The notes beneath the pieces were generated by a model. That model made no database searches. It was not told the origin of the DNA and saw only the letters and a list, made by a program, of their open reading frames with translations. 64,000 nucleotides of DNA from a virus (taxonomy: Duplodnaviria > Caudoviricetes): the IMG/VR virus record IMGVR_UViG_3300014204_000151, positions 21,938-85,937 of that record; one strand, given 5' to 3'. Below are positions 19,398 to 29,105 of this stretch, in pieces. Numbering within the stretch: position 1 is the stretch's first letter; the number at the start of each line of letters is the position of its first letter. The translations under genes were made by a program, and so were the position numbers.

Positions 19398-19616
19398 TTG
19401 ATGTTTAAAATTATTTGTTCCTATTGCGGGAGATTAACAAAAGCAAGAACCGATAAACTTCCATTTGCTCTAAGAGAAAATAATAAAGTAACTGGGTATG
19501 TGTGTAACAAATGCATTAAAAAAATACAGTTTAAACAACTAATTAAGAAATATAAAATAGTAGAAAATGGAATTCCTTTTAGGCAACAATTACAAACCGC
19601 TATAGCTGAAAGTTGA
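19398..19616 (+). CDS. Small zinc-finger protein
   Basis: CSYC...CNKC; AAGGAGG SD. Confidence 0.6.
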   Translation: MMFKIICSYCGRLTKARTDKLPFALRENNKVTGYVCNKCIKKIQFKQLIKKYKIVENGIPFRQQLQTAIAES

Positions 19617-19637
19617 AATACTAATTAATAAAATACT

Positions 19638-19844
19638 ATGAAAAAATATAATCAAAAGCTTATAAACAAGTTAAATGAAGTATGGAAAGAAAATCCAGAG
19701 CTTAATTTTATACAACTATTGATTAATGCTATAACTTATAGATTGGAAACTCATACTGATTTTTATTATATTCAAGATGACGATTTACTTTTTTACCTAA
19801 AAGAATACCAAAAACTTTGCAAGTCTCTTAAAAAGGAGGATTAA
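19638..19844 (+). CDS. YihD/DUF1040-like small protein
   Basis: L..VWKENPELNFIQLL pattern. Confidence 0.45.
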   Translation: MKKYNQKLINKLNEVWKENPELNFIQLLINAITYRLETHTDFYYIQDDDLLFYLKEYQKLCKSLKKED

Positions 19845-20209
19845 TGTTCATCTTAAAAATTCCTATAGCCTCCGCAGATAAACTTTTTAACGGAATTTCT
19901 TTTTCGGAAGACGCTCTTAAAGATATGGTGGCAAAGTTTAAGGTTAATAGCAGTCTCCTGGGAGTTTCTTATGTTGTTCCTAATACACAAGTTTCTTTGC
20001 CTTTAGGAGTAATACACGATTTAGAATACAACGAATCAAATAAAACTGTAGAAGCCACTCTGCACATATCACTTAGTTTTAGTTTAGGAGGACAAGCAGT
20101 AACAAAATTATCAACTCCTAACGGAACTCGTATTACCGAATTTTCACTCAAAGGACTTGGTGCTTTTTTTACAATTCCACAACAACCACAATCAAAAATA
20201 ATAAAATAA
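19844..20209 (+). CDS. Hypothetical protein, possibly a degenerate prohead-protease fold
   Basis: D...NG..FSEDAL and SFSLGG...I.EF.L resemble assemblin-type strands; no catalytic His recognised. Confidence 0.3.
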   Translation: MFILKIPIASADKLFNGISFSEDALKDMVAKFKVNSSLLGVSYVVPNTQVSLPLGVIHDLEYNESNKTVEATLHISLSFSLGGQAVTKLSTPNGTRITEFSLKGLGAFFTIPQQPQSKIIK

Positions 20210-20234
20210 TTTGGTAAGACTACGGAGAACTAAA

Positions 20235-20486
20235 ATGCCACGAGGAAGACCGAAAAAAGAACCTGAGATTAAGCAAGAAATAGATTTAATCACTGAGCCA
20301 GACTCAGAAAGTAATCCACCAAAAGATATAGAGAGTGGTTTTAGCGATGTCAACAACCTTTGTAAAAAATGTACTCAAAAATGTAAACAATATAAACAAA
20401 TCATTATTATTCACTGTCCAAACATAATTAGAAAACCAGAAGTTGTAGAGGAAATAATTGCTGAAGAAACAAATACGGATTTTTGA
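20235..20486 (+). CDS. AT-hook-like, Cys-cluster hypothetical protein
   Basis: MPRGRPKK start; CKKC..KC. Confidence 0.5.
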   Translation: MPRGRPKKEPEIKQEIDLITEPDSESNPPKDIESGFSDVNNLCKKCTQKCKQYKQIIIIHCPNIIRKPEVVEEIIAEETNTDF

Positions 20487-20760
20487 TATAACTCATTTAT
20501 TTTCAAGGATTTATAACATATTTTTTAAATATCATAACCTATTGAATAATAAGGACTTACAATAAGGGTTAAAAAATCGAGCTACGACGGCTCAGGATGA
20601 ATAATCTTTAATCGAACGAGGTTATCTATGGACGGCCAGAATTCAAGCTCAGAATACGAATTTGGAAAGTGTAGGCTTTGCAATAAAGATACAGTATTAT
20701 TCAAGGGGTTGTGCATTGATTGTCAAAATACGGATGTTCCTGATTTTTTAAAAGAACTAT

Positions 20761-21030
20761 TTGACAAAAACCAATAAACCTATGATTGTAACCTATTGTG
20801 ATCTCTGTGGTTGTCCTATTCGTGAAGAGGTTATTTCTTTGAATATTTCAGAATTTATGGGTGATAATAATGATTCTTTTTCCAATTCTAAAGGAAAATA
20901 TAATACTTCAGAATACGAGATTTGTTCAACTTGTAAAAATATTATCTTTGAAATTTTTAAAAAGAGAATGATTGGAATATTGAAATTATCCTCGGATTTA
21001 AAAACGATTTATAATCTACCGAATAAATGA
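20761..21030 (+). CDS. Zinc-finger hypothetical protein
   Basis: CDLCG...EICSTC. Confidence 0.6.
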   Translation: MTKTNKPMIVTYCDLCGCPIREEVISLNISEFMGDNNDSFSNSKGKYNTSEYEICSTCKNIIFEIFKKRMIGILKLSSDLKTIYNLPNK

Positions 21031-21575
21031 ACATATTTTTTTCGTCCGATTTTCACATTAATCATAAAAATATAATTAAATATTGTAATAGACCTTTTTC
21101 TGATGTAGAAACCATGAATTCTACTATCATAAATCGTTGTAATGAAAGAGTTAAAGAAGATGATCTGCTATTTTTCTTAGGAGATTTTATTTTTAAATCT
21201 GGGAGTGGACGTGGAGAAGGGGAACCTTATAAAGCTATAGATTATAAAAAATTAATAAATTGTAAAAATATTGTCTGGTGCGGTGGCAACCATGACCGGA
21301 ACAACACATTAAAAACACCAATTAAAAAAATTATTATTAATCATGGTGGTAGAGACATCTGTCTGGTACACAACCCTTTACATATTGACTGGAATTATAA
21401 TTTTCATATTACCGGGCACGTCCACGAAAAATGGATGTTCAAGTCTTTTGAAAAAAATGGAAGAGTGGTACACTGTTGTAATGTAAGCGTAGAGCAATGG
21501 AATTATTATCCCGTAACTTGGGAAAAAATAAATAAAGAGTATCAAAAATGGTTGAGGTCAAATAAAAATGTTTAA
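21027..21575 (+). CDS. Calcineurin-like phosphoesterase
   Basis: SDFH, LGDF, GNHD, GHVH. Confidence 0.9.
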   Translation: MNIFFSSDFHINHKNIIKYCNRPFSDVETMNSTIINRCNERVKEDDLLFFLGDFIFKSGSGRGEGEPYKAIDYKKLINCKNIVWCGGNHDRNNTLKTPIKKIIINHGGRDICLVHNPLHIDWNYNFHITGHVHEKWMFKSFEKNGRVVHCCNVSVEQWNYYPVTWEKINKEYQKWLRSNKNV

Positions 21576-21701
21576 AATTATTATTTTATTTTTTATTCTT
21601 TATTTTATTATAGTTCCTTTATTTATTGCTTTTTTATTTGCTGGTTTAACTGTAGATGGAATAAAAAAAACCTATAAAGTAATTTTTGGAGAAAACTTAA
21701 A

Positions 21702-22439
21702 ATGACGCAAGAAAATTTTTGGAAAACTCGGTCTGAAAAATATAATCAACTCAAATGGGTTAAAGATGATGATTATTTAGATAAAATAATCTCGGTCTGT
21801 AAACCTAAAAAATCTGATTTAGTTTTAGATGTTGGAACAGGTTCTGGGAAAATAGCTAAAACTTTAAAATCCCATTGTTACCATGTGGTAGGAATGGATA
21901 TTTCTGTGGATATGATGTCTTATAATGAATGGGATGGGATGTCAAAAATTTGCAATGATATTCTTTCTCCTATTTTTAAAAATAATACCTTTGATTTAAT
22001 AACCGCCAGAATGGTATTTCATCATGTTTCAGATGTTCTTCTTGGACTTAAAAATTGTTATAATCTTTTAAAACCCAGCGGAAGAATAATAATAGCGGAA
22101 AGCATTCCACCATCAGATAATCCTGAAGTAATTAAATGGTGGAGCTATGCTCGCAGTTTTAAAGAACAAAGGCATACTTTCTCTTCAAGAATTTTACAAG
22201 AATATTTAAAACAATCTAATTTTAAAAATATAAAATCTTCCTATTATTATCAATCAAAAGAAAAATCCAGCACCAAAGAATGGTTGGCTAACAGTAGGTT
22301 ACCTAAAGATAAACAAAATACTATTTATAATTTACATGTAAACGCTCCTGAAATAGTTAAAACAGCTCATAAAATGATAATAACAAAAAACGATGTTTAC
22401 TGTGAACACCGGCATATTATTATTTTTGGAGAAAAATAA
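21702..22439 (+). CDS. Class I SAM-dependent methyltransferase (UbiE-like)
   Basis: VLDVGTGSG, GMDIS, FDLITARMVFHH, LKPSGR. Confidence 0.9.
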   Translation: MTQENFWKTRSEKYNQLKWVKDDDYLDKIISVCKPKKSDLVLDVGTGSGKIAKTLKSHCYHVVGMDISVDMMSYNEWDGMSKICNDILSPIFKNNTFDLITARMVFHHVSDVLLGLKNCYNLLKPSGRIIIAESIPPSDNPEVIKWWSYARSFKEQRHTFSSRILQEYLKQSNFKNIKSSYYYQSKEKSSTKEWLANSRLPKDKQNTIYNLHVNAPEIVKTAHKMIITKNDVYCEHRHIIIFGEK

Positions 22440-23086
22440 TGGACAATAATCAATCTTTTTGGGATGATTATGTTAAAGATTTCGAATCTAATCCTGAAAA
22501 TAAAAAATATAAACACTTGGGTAACAATTGGAAAGGTGAAAATATTTTTATTTCTTTACTAAAAAAATATTCATCAATAGATAAAATCGCACTGGAAATT
22601 GGATGTGGTGGGGGAAGAATTACGGAAATAGCAAGTCCTCTATTTAAACAGATTATAGCCACGGATATTTCCCCAGAAATGATAAATAAAGCCAGGAAAG
22701 AAACACCAGAAAACAACATACAATGGCAAACTAATAATGGCTTTGATTTTAATGATTTTTCAAATTTAAGTATTGATTTTGTTTATTCACATGATGTTTT
22801 TGTTCACTTCTCATCAATGCAAACTTATCCTTATTTAAAACATATTCATAGAATTTTAAAACCTTCAGGAATTGGCATTATTTCTTTCTACAACTATGTA
22901 CATCATTTTAATTTATTTAAAAATGAGAGCTGGAGATTCAATCAACATAAAATATTTCCACCTTCAATGCGACATCACTTTGTCACGCAACAAATGATTG
23001 AATTAATGTTAAACGATTTAAATTTCAAAATAGTCGAATTTAATTTAACCAATTTTTTAATTGTGGTGTTCTCAAAAAATGATTAA
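22439..23086 (+). CDS. Class I SAM-dependent methyltransferase
   Basis: ALEIGCGGGR, ATDIS, DFVYSHDVFVH, RILKPSG. Confidence 0.9.
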   Translation: MDNNQSFWDDYVKDFESNPENKKYKHLGNNWKGENIFISLLKKYSSIDKIALEIGCGGGRITEIASPLFKQIIATDISPEMINKARKETPENNIQWQTNNGFDFNDFSNLSIDFVYSHDVFVHFSSMQTYPYLKHIHRILKPSGIGIISFYNYVHHFNLFKNESWRFNQHKIFPPSMRHHFVTQQMIELMLNDLNFKIVEFNLTNFLIVVFSKND

Positions 23087-25922
23087 AATTGTCCAACTGT
23101 CACCCAATCCAGTATCCTGCTCTCCTTGGGAATTATATAATTTATTAAAGAACTCTTCCAAGGTAGATTGCCGTCTTATACAAGGAACTTGCAAATATTC
23201 AGAAATAGAAGGAATTCCCGCTCGTTGTTTTCCTTACGATTTATTATGGAACGAGAATAAAGAAGAATGTATTAAATTAATTAAAGAAGCTGGCATTTTA
23301 CATATTCACAATTCTCTTTTTCCAGAAAATTTGGAAGAATATATAAATCCAAATCAAATAATTATACTGCAGCTATATTCTGTTTATAGAGAAAAATTAC
23401 AACCATTAATTGATAAATGTGCAAAATTTAATCCTATAATTGTTATAGCAGACCAACCTTGGCAAAAAAAAGTATATGAGGATATTAGTAAAACTTATTT
23501 ACCTTTAGTAAAAACTGATTATTGTGAAAATACAACGCAAGATGTTCCGGTTATTGTTTATGCCCCTACTAATAAATTACCCCTTTCTCATATATACAGC
23601 AAAGGATATTATGAGGTCTTAGAAATTCTGTATAGACTAAAACAAAAATATGTGTTTAATTTAAAAATTATAGAAAGTGTTCCCTATGAAGAAAATTTAA
23701 AATTAAAACAAAACGTTGATATTATAATTGATGATGTTATCAATGAAAATGCTATACATGGTACAAGCTTAGAAAGCTGTTGTTATGGAGCTGTACCATT
23801 AACCAACTATTCTGGAGAAGATTATCCATTTAAAAAAACCAATTTACAATCATTAGAAAAAACAATAGAAAATTATCTCATTTCTCCAGAGTTATTAGCC
23901 CAAGATAAAAATAAAATAACCGAATGGCAAAAAAATAATTATACAAAAGACATATTATTGAATAAGTATGAATTGTTCTATGAGAATTGTATAGTTCAAC
24001 AAAAAACTAAAATATTAAATATAGATAATCCTTATGAACAATCAGAAAGGATGGAAAAAGCAAAAACAAAACTTTTTCAATTAATGGTGGATTGGCTCAA
24101 TAAAAATAATATTCAATTTTTTCTTAGTTTTGGTTCGGCATTAAAAGCTTATAGAGATAATGAACACGCTTTAGATGCTGATTTTGGAGTATTTTATGAA
24201 TATAAATGGCAAGTTAAAAAAGCTATAGAAACATCTCTTCCAGATGAAATAATGGTGAATTGTATTTGGAGAGGAGAAATTACATTTAGATTTAAAGATT
24301 CAAAGTATCCTAAATTAGATATTATCTTTTTTGATAAGCAAGATGATTATTATAGATGTAATATTTATAGTAGAAATCCAATGAATGGATTGATTACTTG
24401 GGAACGAGGAATTAAAATTTCACATGAAGCTTTGAATAAATTTAAACAAATAGAATTCAAAGGCCGAACGGTTGATATTCCAAAAAATATTAAACAATAT
24501 TTAACAGAAAATTATACAGAAGAATGGAAAATACCTTTACCTAAAAAAACTATGGGGTGGGGCAGTAGGCCTTGTGCTGACTATAATCACCGGCAAATAG
24601 CTATTATTATCCCAACTTTTATAAGAGAAAATAAAGTAACCGAATGTATTAAATCTGCTTTGCAAGTTTATCCAGAAGGGATGATTAGAATTTATGTAGG
24701 AGACCAAAGCGATGTAATATCTGAATCTATGCTTGAGTTTTATAAAGAGTTACAGTCTAAAGGTCATGTATTTATTAAATTACCATTTAATTGTGGCTTA
24801 TCCTATGCTCGAAATTTTCTCATATCACAAACAAAATCAGAACCTTATATTATGATTATAGATGATGACTTTATTTTTACTCCCAAAACTGATTTAAGTA
24901 AATTCATAGATGTATTAGAAGAAAAAGAATCCCACGGAATAGCTGGTGGATGTATAGAAAATAGATACCATTATGCAGGATGGTTGGAGTATCTGCCATC
25001 TATTCAAAAAATACTTAAAATTGATATTTTTTCAGTTCCCCAAACTATAAATTTAACAACCGAATATAATTATAAACAAAGAAAAATTGCTTATTATTAT
25101 AGCGATATAGTTCTTAATTTTTTCTTAGCTAAAAAAGAAATTTTTAAAGATATACAATGGGATAATAATTTGCCACTTGTCGAGCATACCGACTATATGC
25201 TTCGATTAAAGCAACTTAATAAGTGGAGGGTTTGTTATGTTCCAGAGGTATCTATTAACCACTCATCACACGCAAACGAAGAAAATTATAAAAACTATAG
25301 ACACAACGAAAATAAAAATATCGGAATTGAAAGATTCTGTAAGAAATGGAATTTAAATGGTCTTAATGATATTTGGAGACTATCTGATAAGTTAAAAGTC
25401 CAACCTCAAGAGGATATTTCTTTATTAAAAGAACTTGAGCAAAAAGAAAATAATATCGCCGCACAATTAAAAAAAGAAGAACCTGTAATTAATCCAGAAG
25501 AAATTGTTGTAGAAACCGAAGTAGTAAAAAAAGAACCAATTAACAATATTACTTCTATTAATTTGTTTAGAGAATTAACAGAAATATTAGAAAAAGAAAA
25601 TATTACTTTTTGTCTTTTAAAAAATACCTGTTTAAATGTAGTTTTAAATAGAGATTTTACAGAAATAACTTCTAATTTATACCTGAGTATTTGTGTGTCT
25701 GATAAATTAAAAGAACTGCTTAAAAAAATGGATTATATTATAGAACCAGATAAAATATCAAAAAATAATATATTCGTATATTTAGGTTCCATGCCATCAA
25801 AAATGAAAAAATGGACGGTTGGAAGTAAAACAATGAACGTTCCTTTTCCATTAATAAAGTACTTAGAAGATACCTTTAAAAAATCTTGGACAGAAATACA
25901 AAAAAGTGTAAAAAATGAATGA
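23061..25922 (+). CDS. Multidomain GT4-like / LicD-like / GT2 / degenerate LicD-like protein (probable start 23079)
   Basis: DIIIDD...G..LES...G.VP (GT-B); FGSAL..YRD...DADFG (nucleotidyltransferase); IIIPTF...GDQ...ARN...IDDD (GT2). Confidence 0.75.
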   Translation: MWCSQKMIKIVQLSPNPVSCSPWELYNLLKNSSKVDCRLIQGTCKYSEIEGIPARCFPYDLLWNENKEECIKLIKEAGILHIHNSLFPENLEEYINPNQIIILQLYSVYREKLQPLIDKCAKFNPIIVIADQPWQKKVYEDISKTYLPLVKTDYCENTTQDVPVIVYAPTNKLPLSHIYSKGYYEVLEILYRLKQKYVFNLKIIESVPYEENLKLKQNVDIIIDDVINENAIHGTSLESCCYGAVPLTNYSGEDYPFKKTNLQSLEKTIENYLISPELLAQDKNKITEWQKNNYTKDILLNKYELFYENCIVQQKTKILNIDNPYEQSERMEKAKTKLFQLMVDWLNKNNIQFFLSFGSALKAYRDNEHALDADFGVFYEYKWQVKKAIETSLPDEIMVNCIWRGEITFRFKDSKYPKLDIIFFDKQDDYYRCNIYSRNPMNGLITWERGIKISHEALNKFKQIEFKGRTVDIPKNIKQYLTENYTEEWKIPLPKKTMGWGSRPCADYNHRQIAIIIPTFIRENKVTECIKSALQVYPEGMIRIYVGDQSDVISESMLEFYKELQSKGHVFIKLPFNCGLSYARNFLISQTKSEPYIMIIDDDFIFTPKTDLSKFIDVLEEKESHGIAGGCIENRYHYAGWLEYLPSIQKILKIDIFSVPQTINLTTEYNYKQRKIAYYYSDIVLNFFLAKKEIFKDIQWDNNLPLVEHTDYMLRLKQLNKWRVCYVPEVSINHSSHANEENYKNYRHNENKNIGIERFCKKWNLNGLNDIWRLSDKLKVQPQEDISLLKELEQKENNIAAQLKKEEPVINPEEIVVETEVVKKEPINNITSINLFRELTEILEKENITFCLLKNTCLNVVLNRDFTEITSNLYLSICVSDKLKELLKKMDYIIEPDKISKNNIFVYLGSMPSKMKKWTVGSKTMNVPFPLIKYLEDTFKKSWTEIQKSVKNE
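24779..24818. repeat. 40-bp exact direct repeat, copy 1 (copy 2 at 26109..26148)
   Basis: ATTACCATTTAATTGTGGCTTATCCTATGCTCGAAATTTT identical in both GT2 domains. Confidence 0.9.
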
Positions 25923-26721
25923 CCAAACTTTAGCAATACTTGTTACCACTTTTATAAGAGATGAGTTGTTATATAAAACCATACAAAATATTGTAGATAA
26001 CTTTCCAAAAGATTCCATTCTTCTTATTGCCGACCAGGGACTTCCCTCTACAGATAAAGATAAACAAATTGAAACCTTTAAATCAAAAGTTCCCTTAGAA
26101 TACTTTCTATTACCATTTAATTGTGGCTTATCCTATGCTCGAAATTTTTTAGTTAAAAAAGCCTCAGATTTAAATATTCCTTATGTATTAATGTCTGCCG
26201 ACAGTATTCAATTTACTAAACCATATAACTTTCAATCATTTATAAATTTTTTAGAACAAGATATAAGACGAGGGCTTATAGGATTTAATTTATTAGGAAG
26301 TAAATGTCCCTGGGAATTTTTAATGGAATTAACCACGCAAGGAATACTATTTGATACTTCTACTATTTTTATAGAACATGAAAATATTATCTATAAAAAA
26401 TGTGATATAGTAAGAAATATATTTTTAGCAAAGACTAACACTCTTCTTAATTTGTGGGATAATAATTTACATCTTTGTGAGCATGAGGATGCTTTTATTA
26501 CTTATAAACAAAAAGGTTATGAGGTTTACTGGACAAATTATATTTCATTTAAAAAAATATCTACAGATAATTCTGAAGAATATAAAACACATAGAAGCCA
26601 ATTCTCAGAATATCAATCACTGTTAAAGAAAAAACTAAATATTAAAACCTGGGTAATATACAGTCCAGAAGCTATGAGAGAAATAAGAAATTACAAAAAG
26701 GAGCAAAATGATACAAATTAA
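25915..26721 (+). CDS. GT2-family glycosyltransferase
   Basis: ILVTTF, IADQG, LPFNCGLSYARNFL, CEHED. Confidence 0.8.
   Translation: MNDQTLAILVTTFIRDELLYKTIQNIVDNFPKDSILLIADQGLPSTDKDKQIETFKSKVPLEYFLLPFNCGLSYARNFLVKKASDLNIPYVLMSADSIQFTKPYNFQSFINFLEQDIRRGLIGFNLLGSKCPWEFLMELTTQGILFDTSTIFIEHENIIYKKCDIVRNIFLAKTNTLLNLWDNNLHLCEHEDAFITYKQKGYEVYWTNYISFKKISTDNSEEYKTHRSQFSEYQSLLKKKLNIKTWVIYSPEAMREIRNYKKEQNDTN
26109..26148. repeat. 40-bp exact direct repeat, copy 2
   Basis: Identical to 24779..24818. Confidence 0.9.
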
Positions 26722-27004
26722 TTCTAAAGTGTTATGTAAACTTAACAATACCTTAGTACAATGCACGGTTACTCAACTATTAGGAGAAGAATTAGAATTA
26801 AATTATAATGATCAAGTATTTAAAAAATTTTATTGGGAGGTAATACCGGAGGATAAATACAATGATAAACTATTTAAATAAGTTAGAAGATAAAATAGTA
26901 GATGTTATTCTTTTTTGTGGTTTTACAATAATAACCTTAGTCATATTAGGAATTTGGAAAGTGTTTGAAATCATAATTTGGCTTTTTAAACTTGGAATAA
27001 ATTT

Positions 27005-27535
27005 ATGTGTAAAATAAAAAATATAATAAATGCTCCATTAGCTTTTATGGGGGGAATATTAGGAGCTTTAGGCGGAAGCTCTAATTCATCAAAACTTTAT
27101 AGAAGAATCGGATTCCCTTTGTTAATAACCATAATAGCCACATCTAAATTACACTCATTATGGTTATTTTCTACTACGATTATGGTATTTTGTTTTTTTA
27201 TTGGATACGGGATCCCAGATAATAATACGGGAGATGAAGGAAGCTGCTTGGGACGATTTTGGTTTAAAATATGTAATGGTAATAATTTCTTTACAAATTT
27301 CTTTACCAGGGGTTCTGTGGGGATATTAATTTCCTTCTCTTTGATTAGTATCCCAATAATTAAACATAATTGGCTTATTTATTTTTTATGTAGTTCGGGA
27401 ATATTTATCTCCCAAGCTCTGATTTCTTGGATGGGATTTGGTTCTATCTCATTTAAAAATAAAGAGTTATGTATTTCTGATTTAATCAATTACAGTATAA
27501 TAACTGGATTATCTATCACACTTGTTTATGCGTAA
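27005..27535 (+). CDS. Multi-pass membrane protein
   Basis: About five hydrophobic segments. Confidence 0.6.
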   Translation: MCKIKNIINAPLAFMGGILGALGGSSNSSKLYRRIGFPLLITIIATSKLHSLWLFSTTIMVFCFFIGYGIPDNNTGDEGSCLGRFWFKICNGNNFFTNFFTRGSVGILISFSLISIPIIKHNWLIYFLCSSGIFISQALISWMGFGSISFKNKELCISDLINYSIITGLSITLVYA

Positions 27536-27646
27536 GCCTAAGAATATAAAATATTTATGTAAAATTTGTAAAAGAACTGTTCCTAATATAAAGTTTTTAT
27601 TAAAAATCGGCTGTATTTGGTGTAATTCTAATTATCATAAAAAATA

Positions 27647-28372
27647 ATGGATATTGTAATCTGGGCTGGAGGGCAAAGCATTGAAATTGGGCTTAATTTA
27701 GGGATACAAAGCCTCCTGTTGAATCGTTTTGTTGTAGGCGTCAACTACTCTTTCCTAACATTTAAACCTACCATTTTAACCTTTACAGACCTAAATTTCT
27801 ATAAATCCTCTGATTTAACTCAAAACCCGGATATTTATAATCAATTAAAAGAACTACCCCTTATTGTAGGTCTAAATCATCAACAAGAATTACAATCTGT
27901 TATTCATCCTAATACCCACCTCATTTCTTTTCCAAAAATCATAGGATTAAATAATTGTCCATTAACTGGTATATTTGCTATTGCTTTAGCTCTAAAATTT
28001 AAACCAAATAAATTATTTCTCTTAGGATTTGATTGGACTATTCGGGATAAAAACTCTTTTGTTATAGATAAAAATTATACCGGTAAAACTAATCTAAATA
28101 TTCATTATTATAAAGATATAAAACATCGAGGAATAGGAGATATTCATTTTTATGAGAAACATAATCCCGATTATTATTTCAATCAATTTAAAAATACAGA
28201 AACTACTATTTATAATGTATCCCCCAATTCTAATATTAATACATTTCCAAAAATAGATTATCCTACCTTCTTTAATCTATTAGACTCGACTACATATAAC
28301 CAACAAGAATTAATAAACCTTTCATTATCCACACTACAACCATTCTTCTCTACAACAAAAAAACCGAGCTAA
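27647..28372 (+). CDS. Maf/MptE-like (sialyltransferase-like fold) transferase
   Basis: GGQS, VVGVN, FTD, TGIFAI, LFLLGFD, IYNVS motif series. Confidence 0.6.
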   Translation: MDIVIWAGGQSIEIGLNLGIQSLLLNRFVVGVNYSFLTFKPTILTFTDLNFYKSSDLTQNPDIYNQLKELPLIVGLNHQQELQSVIHPNTHLISFPKIIGLNNCPLTGIFAIALALKFKPNKLFLLGFDWTIRDKNSFVIDKNYTGKTNLNIHYYKDIKHRGIGDIHFYEKHNPDYYFNQFKNTETTIYNVSPNSNINTFPKIDYPTFFNLLDSTTYNQQELINLSLSTLQPFFSTTKKPS

Positions 28373-28386
28373 ATTTATAACTCGGT
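28356..28386 (-). terminator. Intrinsic terminator ending the leftward structural operon
   Basis: ACCGAG/CTCGGT stem (28363-28386) followed on the - strand by a long T run, at the convergence of the two arms. Confidence 0.55.
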
Positions 28387-28451
28387 CTACAAAAACACCA
28401 GCTTTTCCCCGCAAACATAATTGCTTTTACTGTTTTACGTTTTTTTCGTTG

Positions 28452-28523
28452 TAACTCCTTTAGTTTCAACACTTTAATCTATGTTTTTTGCTATGTTGTA
28501 ACTCATTGTGCGTCAATGGCTTA
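28452..28523. repeat. Pair of 25-bp palindromes TAA-N4-TTK-N5-CAA-N4-TTA
   Basis: 28452..28476 and 28499..28523; same pattern at 11556, 20489, 20535, 59634, 59702, 61842, 61938. Confidence 0.65.
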
Positions 28524-28586
28524 CATTCGCCACAAGAAAAAACCTCGTAGGAAGCCCTCAGACACATTATTATTGCTAATGTGGGG

Positions 28587-29105
28587 CTAACCACGCTTAT
28601 TAACAAATTTAAGCTGAAATGGGTTGTAAATTTGAATTATTAACTTCTCTCGGATTGGAGTTGTAAAGCCTTCTCCCGCTTGAAAAATTGTTGAATAAAA
28701 TAATTGAAATCCACTATTAACTTCTTGAATACTTTCAGAAGTAGTACCCCATACATTCTCTTGCAAAGTTTCGTATACCACAAATACACTTAAATAAGAT
28801 AAAAATATTTCTGGAATAAATAAATTAACTATAAAATTTAGATACCTCGGAATAATTAATGTATAAGAAGGAAGCCCCCCCATAATCCACTCAGTATAAT
28901 TACTTATAACAGTTCCATCTCCAGATGTTCCTATTGTATCTATCCATTCCGACTCATAGGTAATCAACTTTTTATTTATACTTCCACCAATAGTAACATC
29001 ACTTAAATAAATATTTGAATTATTCTGATTTAGTATATTAAGAATATCTTTTTCTTTATTGTATTCTTTTTGTATTTTATATTTATTTTCATTGTATAAC
29101 ATCAT
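28587..29105 (-). CDS. Putative tail-tip protein
   Basis: Last gene of the tail module; shares N-terminal coil and YE(S/T)(E/D)W motif with 29105..29833. Confidence 0.4.
   Translation of the reverse strand: MMLYNENKYKIQKEYNKEKDILNILNQNNSNIYLSDVTIGGSINKKLITYESEWIDTIGTSGDGTVISNYTEWIMGGLPSYTLIIPRYLNFIVNLFIPEIFLSYLSVFVVYETLQENVWGTTSESIQEVNSGFQLFYSTIFQAGEGFTTPIREKLIIQIYNPFQLKFVNKRG

Noticed and set aside
24779-26148. Diversity-generating retroelement (TR/VR pair)
   Set aside because: The repeat is perfectly identical with no adenine-specific mismatches, and no reverse transcriptase is in the window
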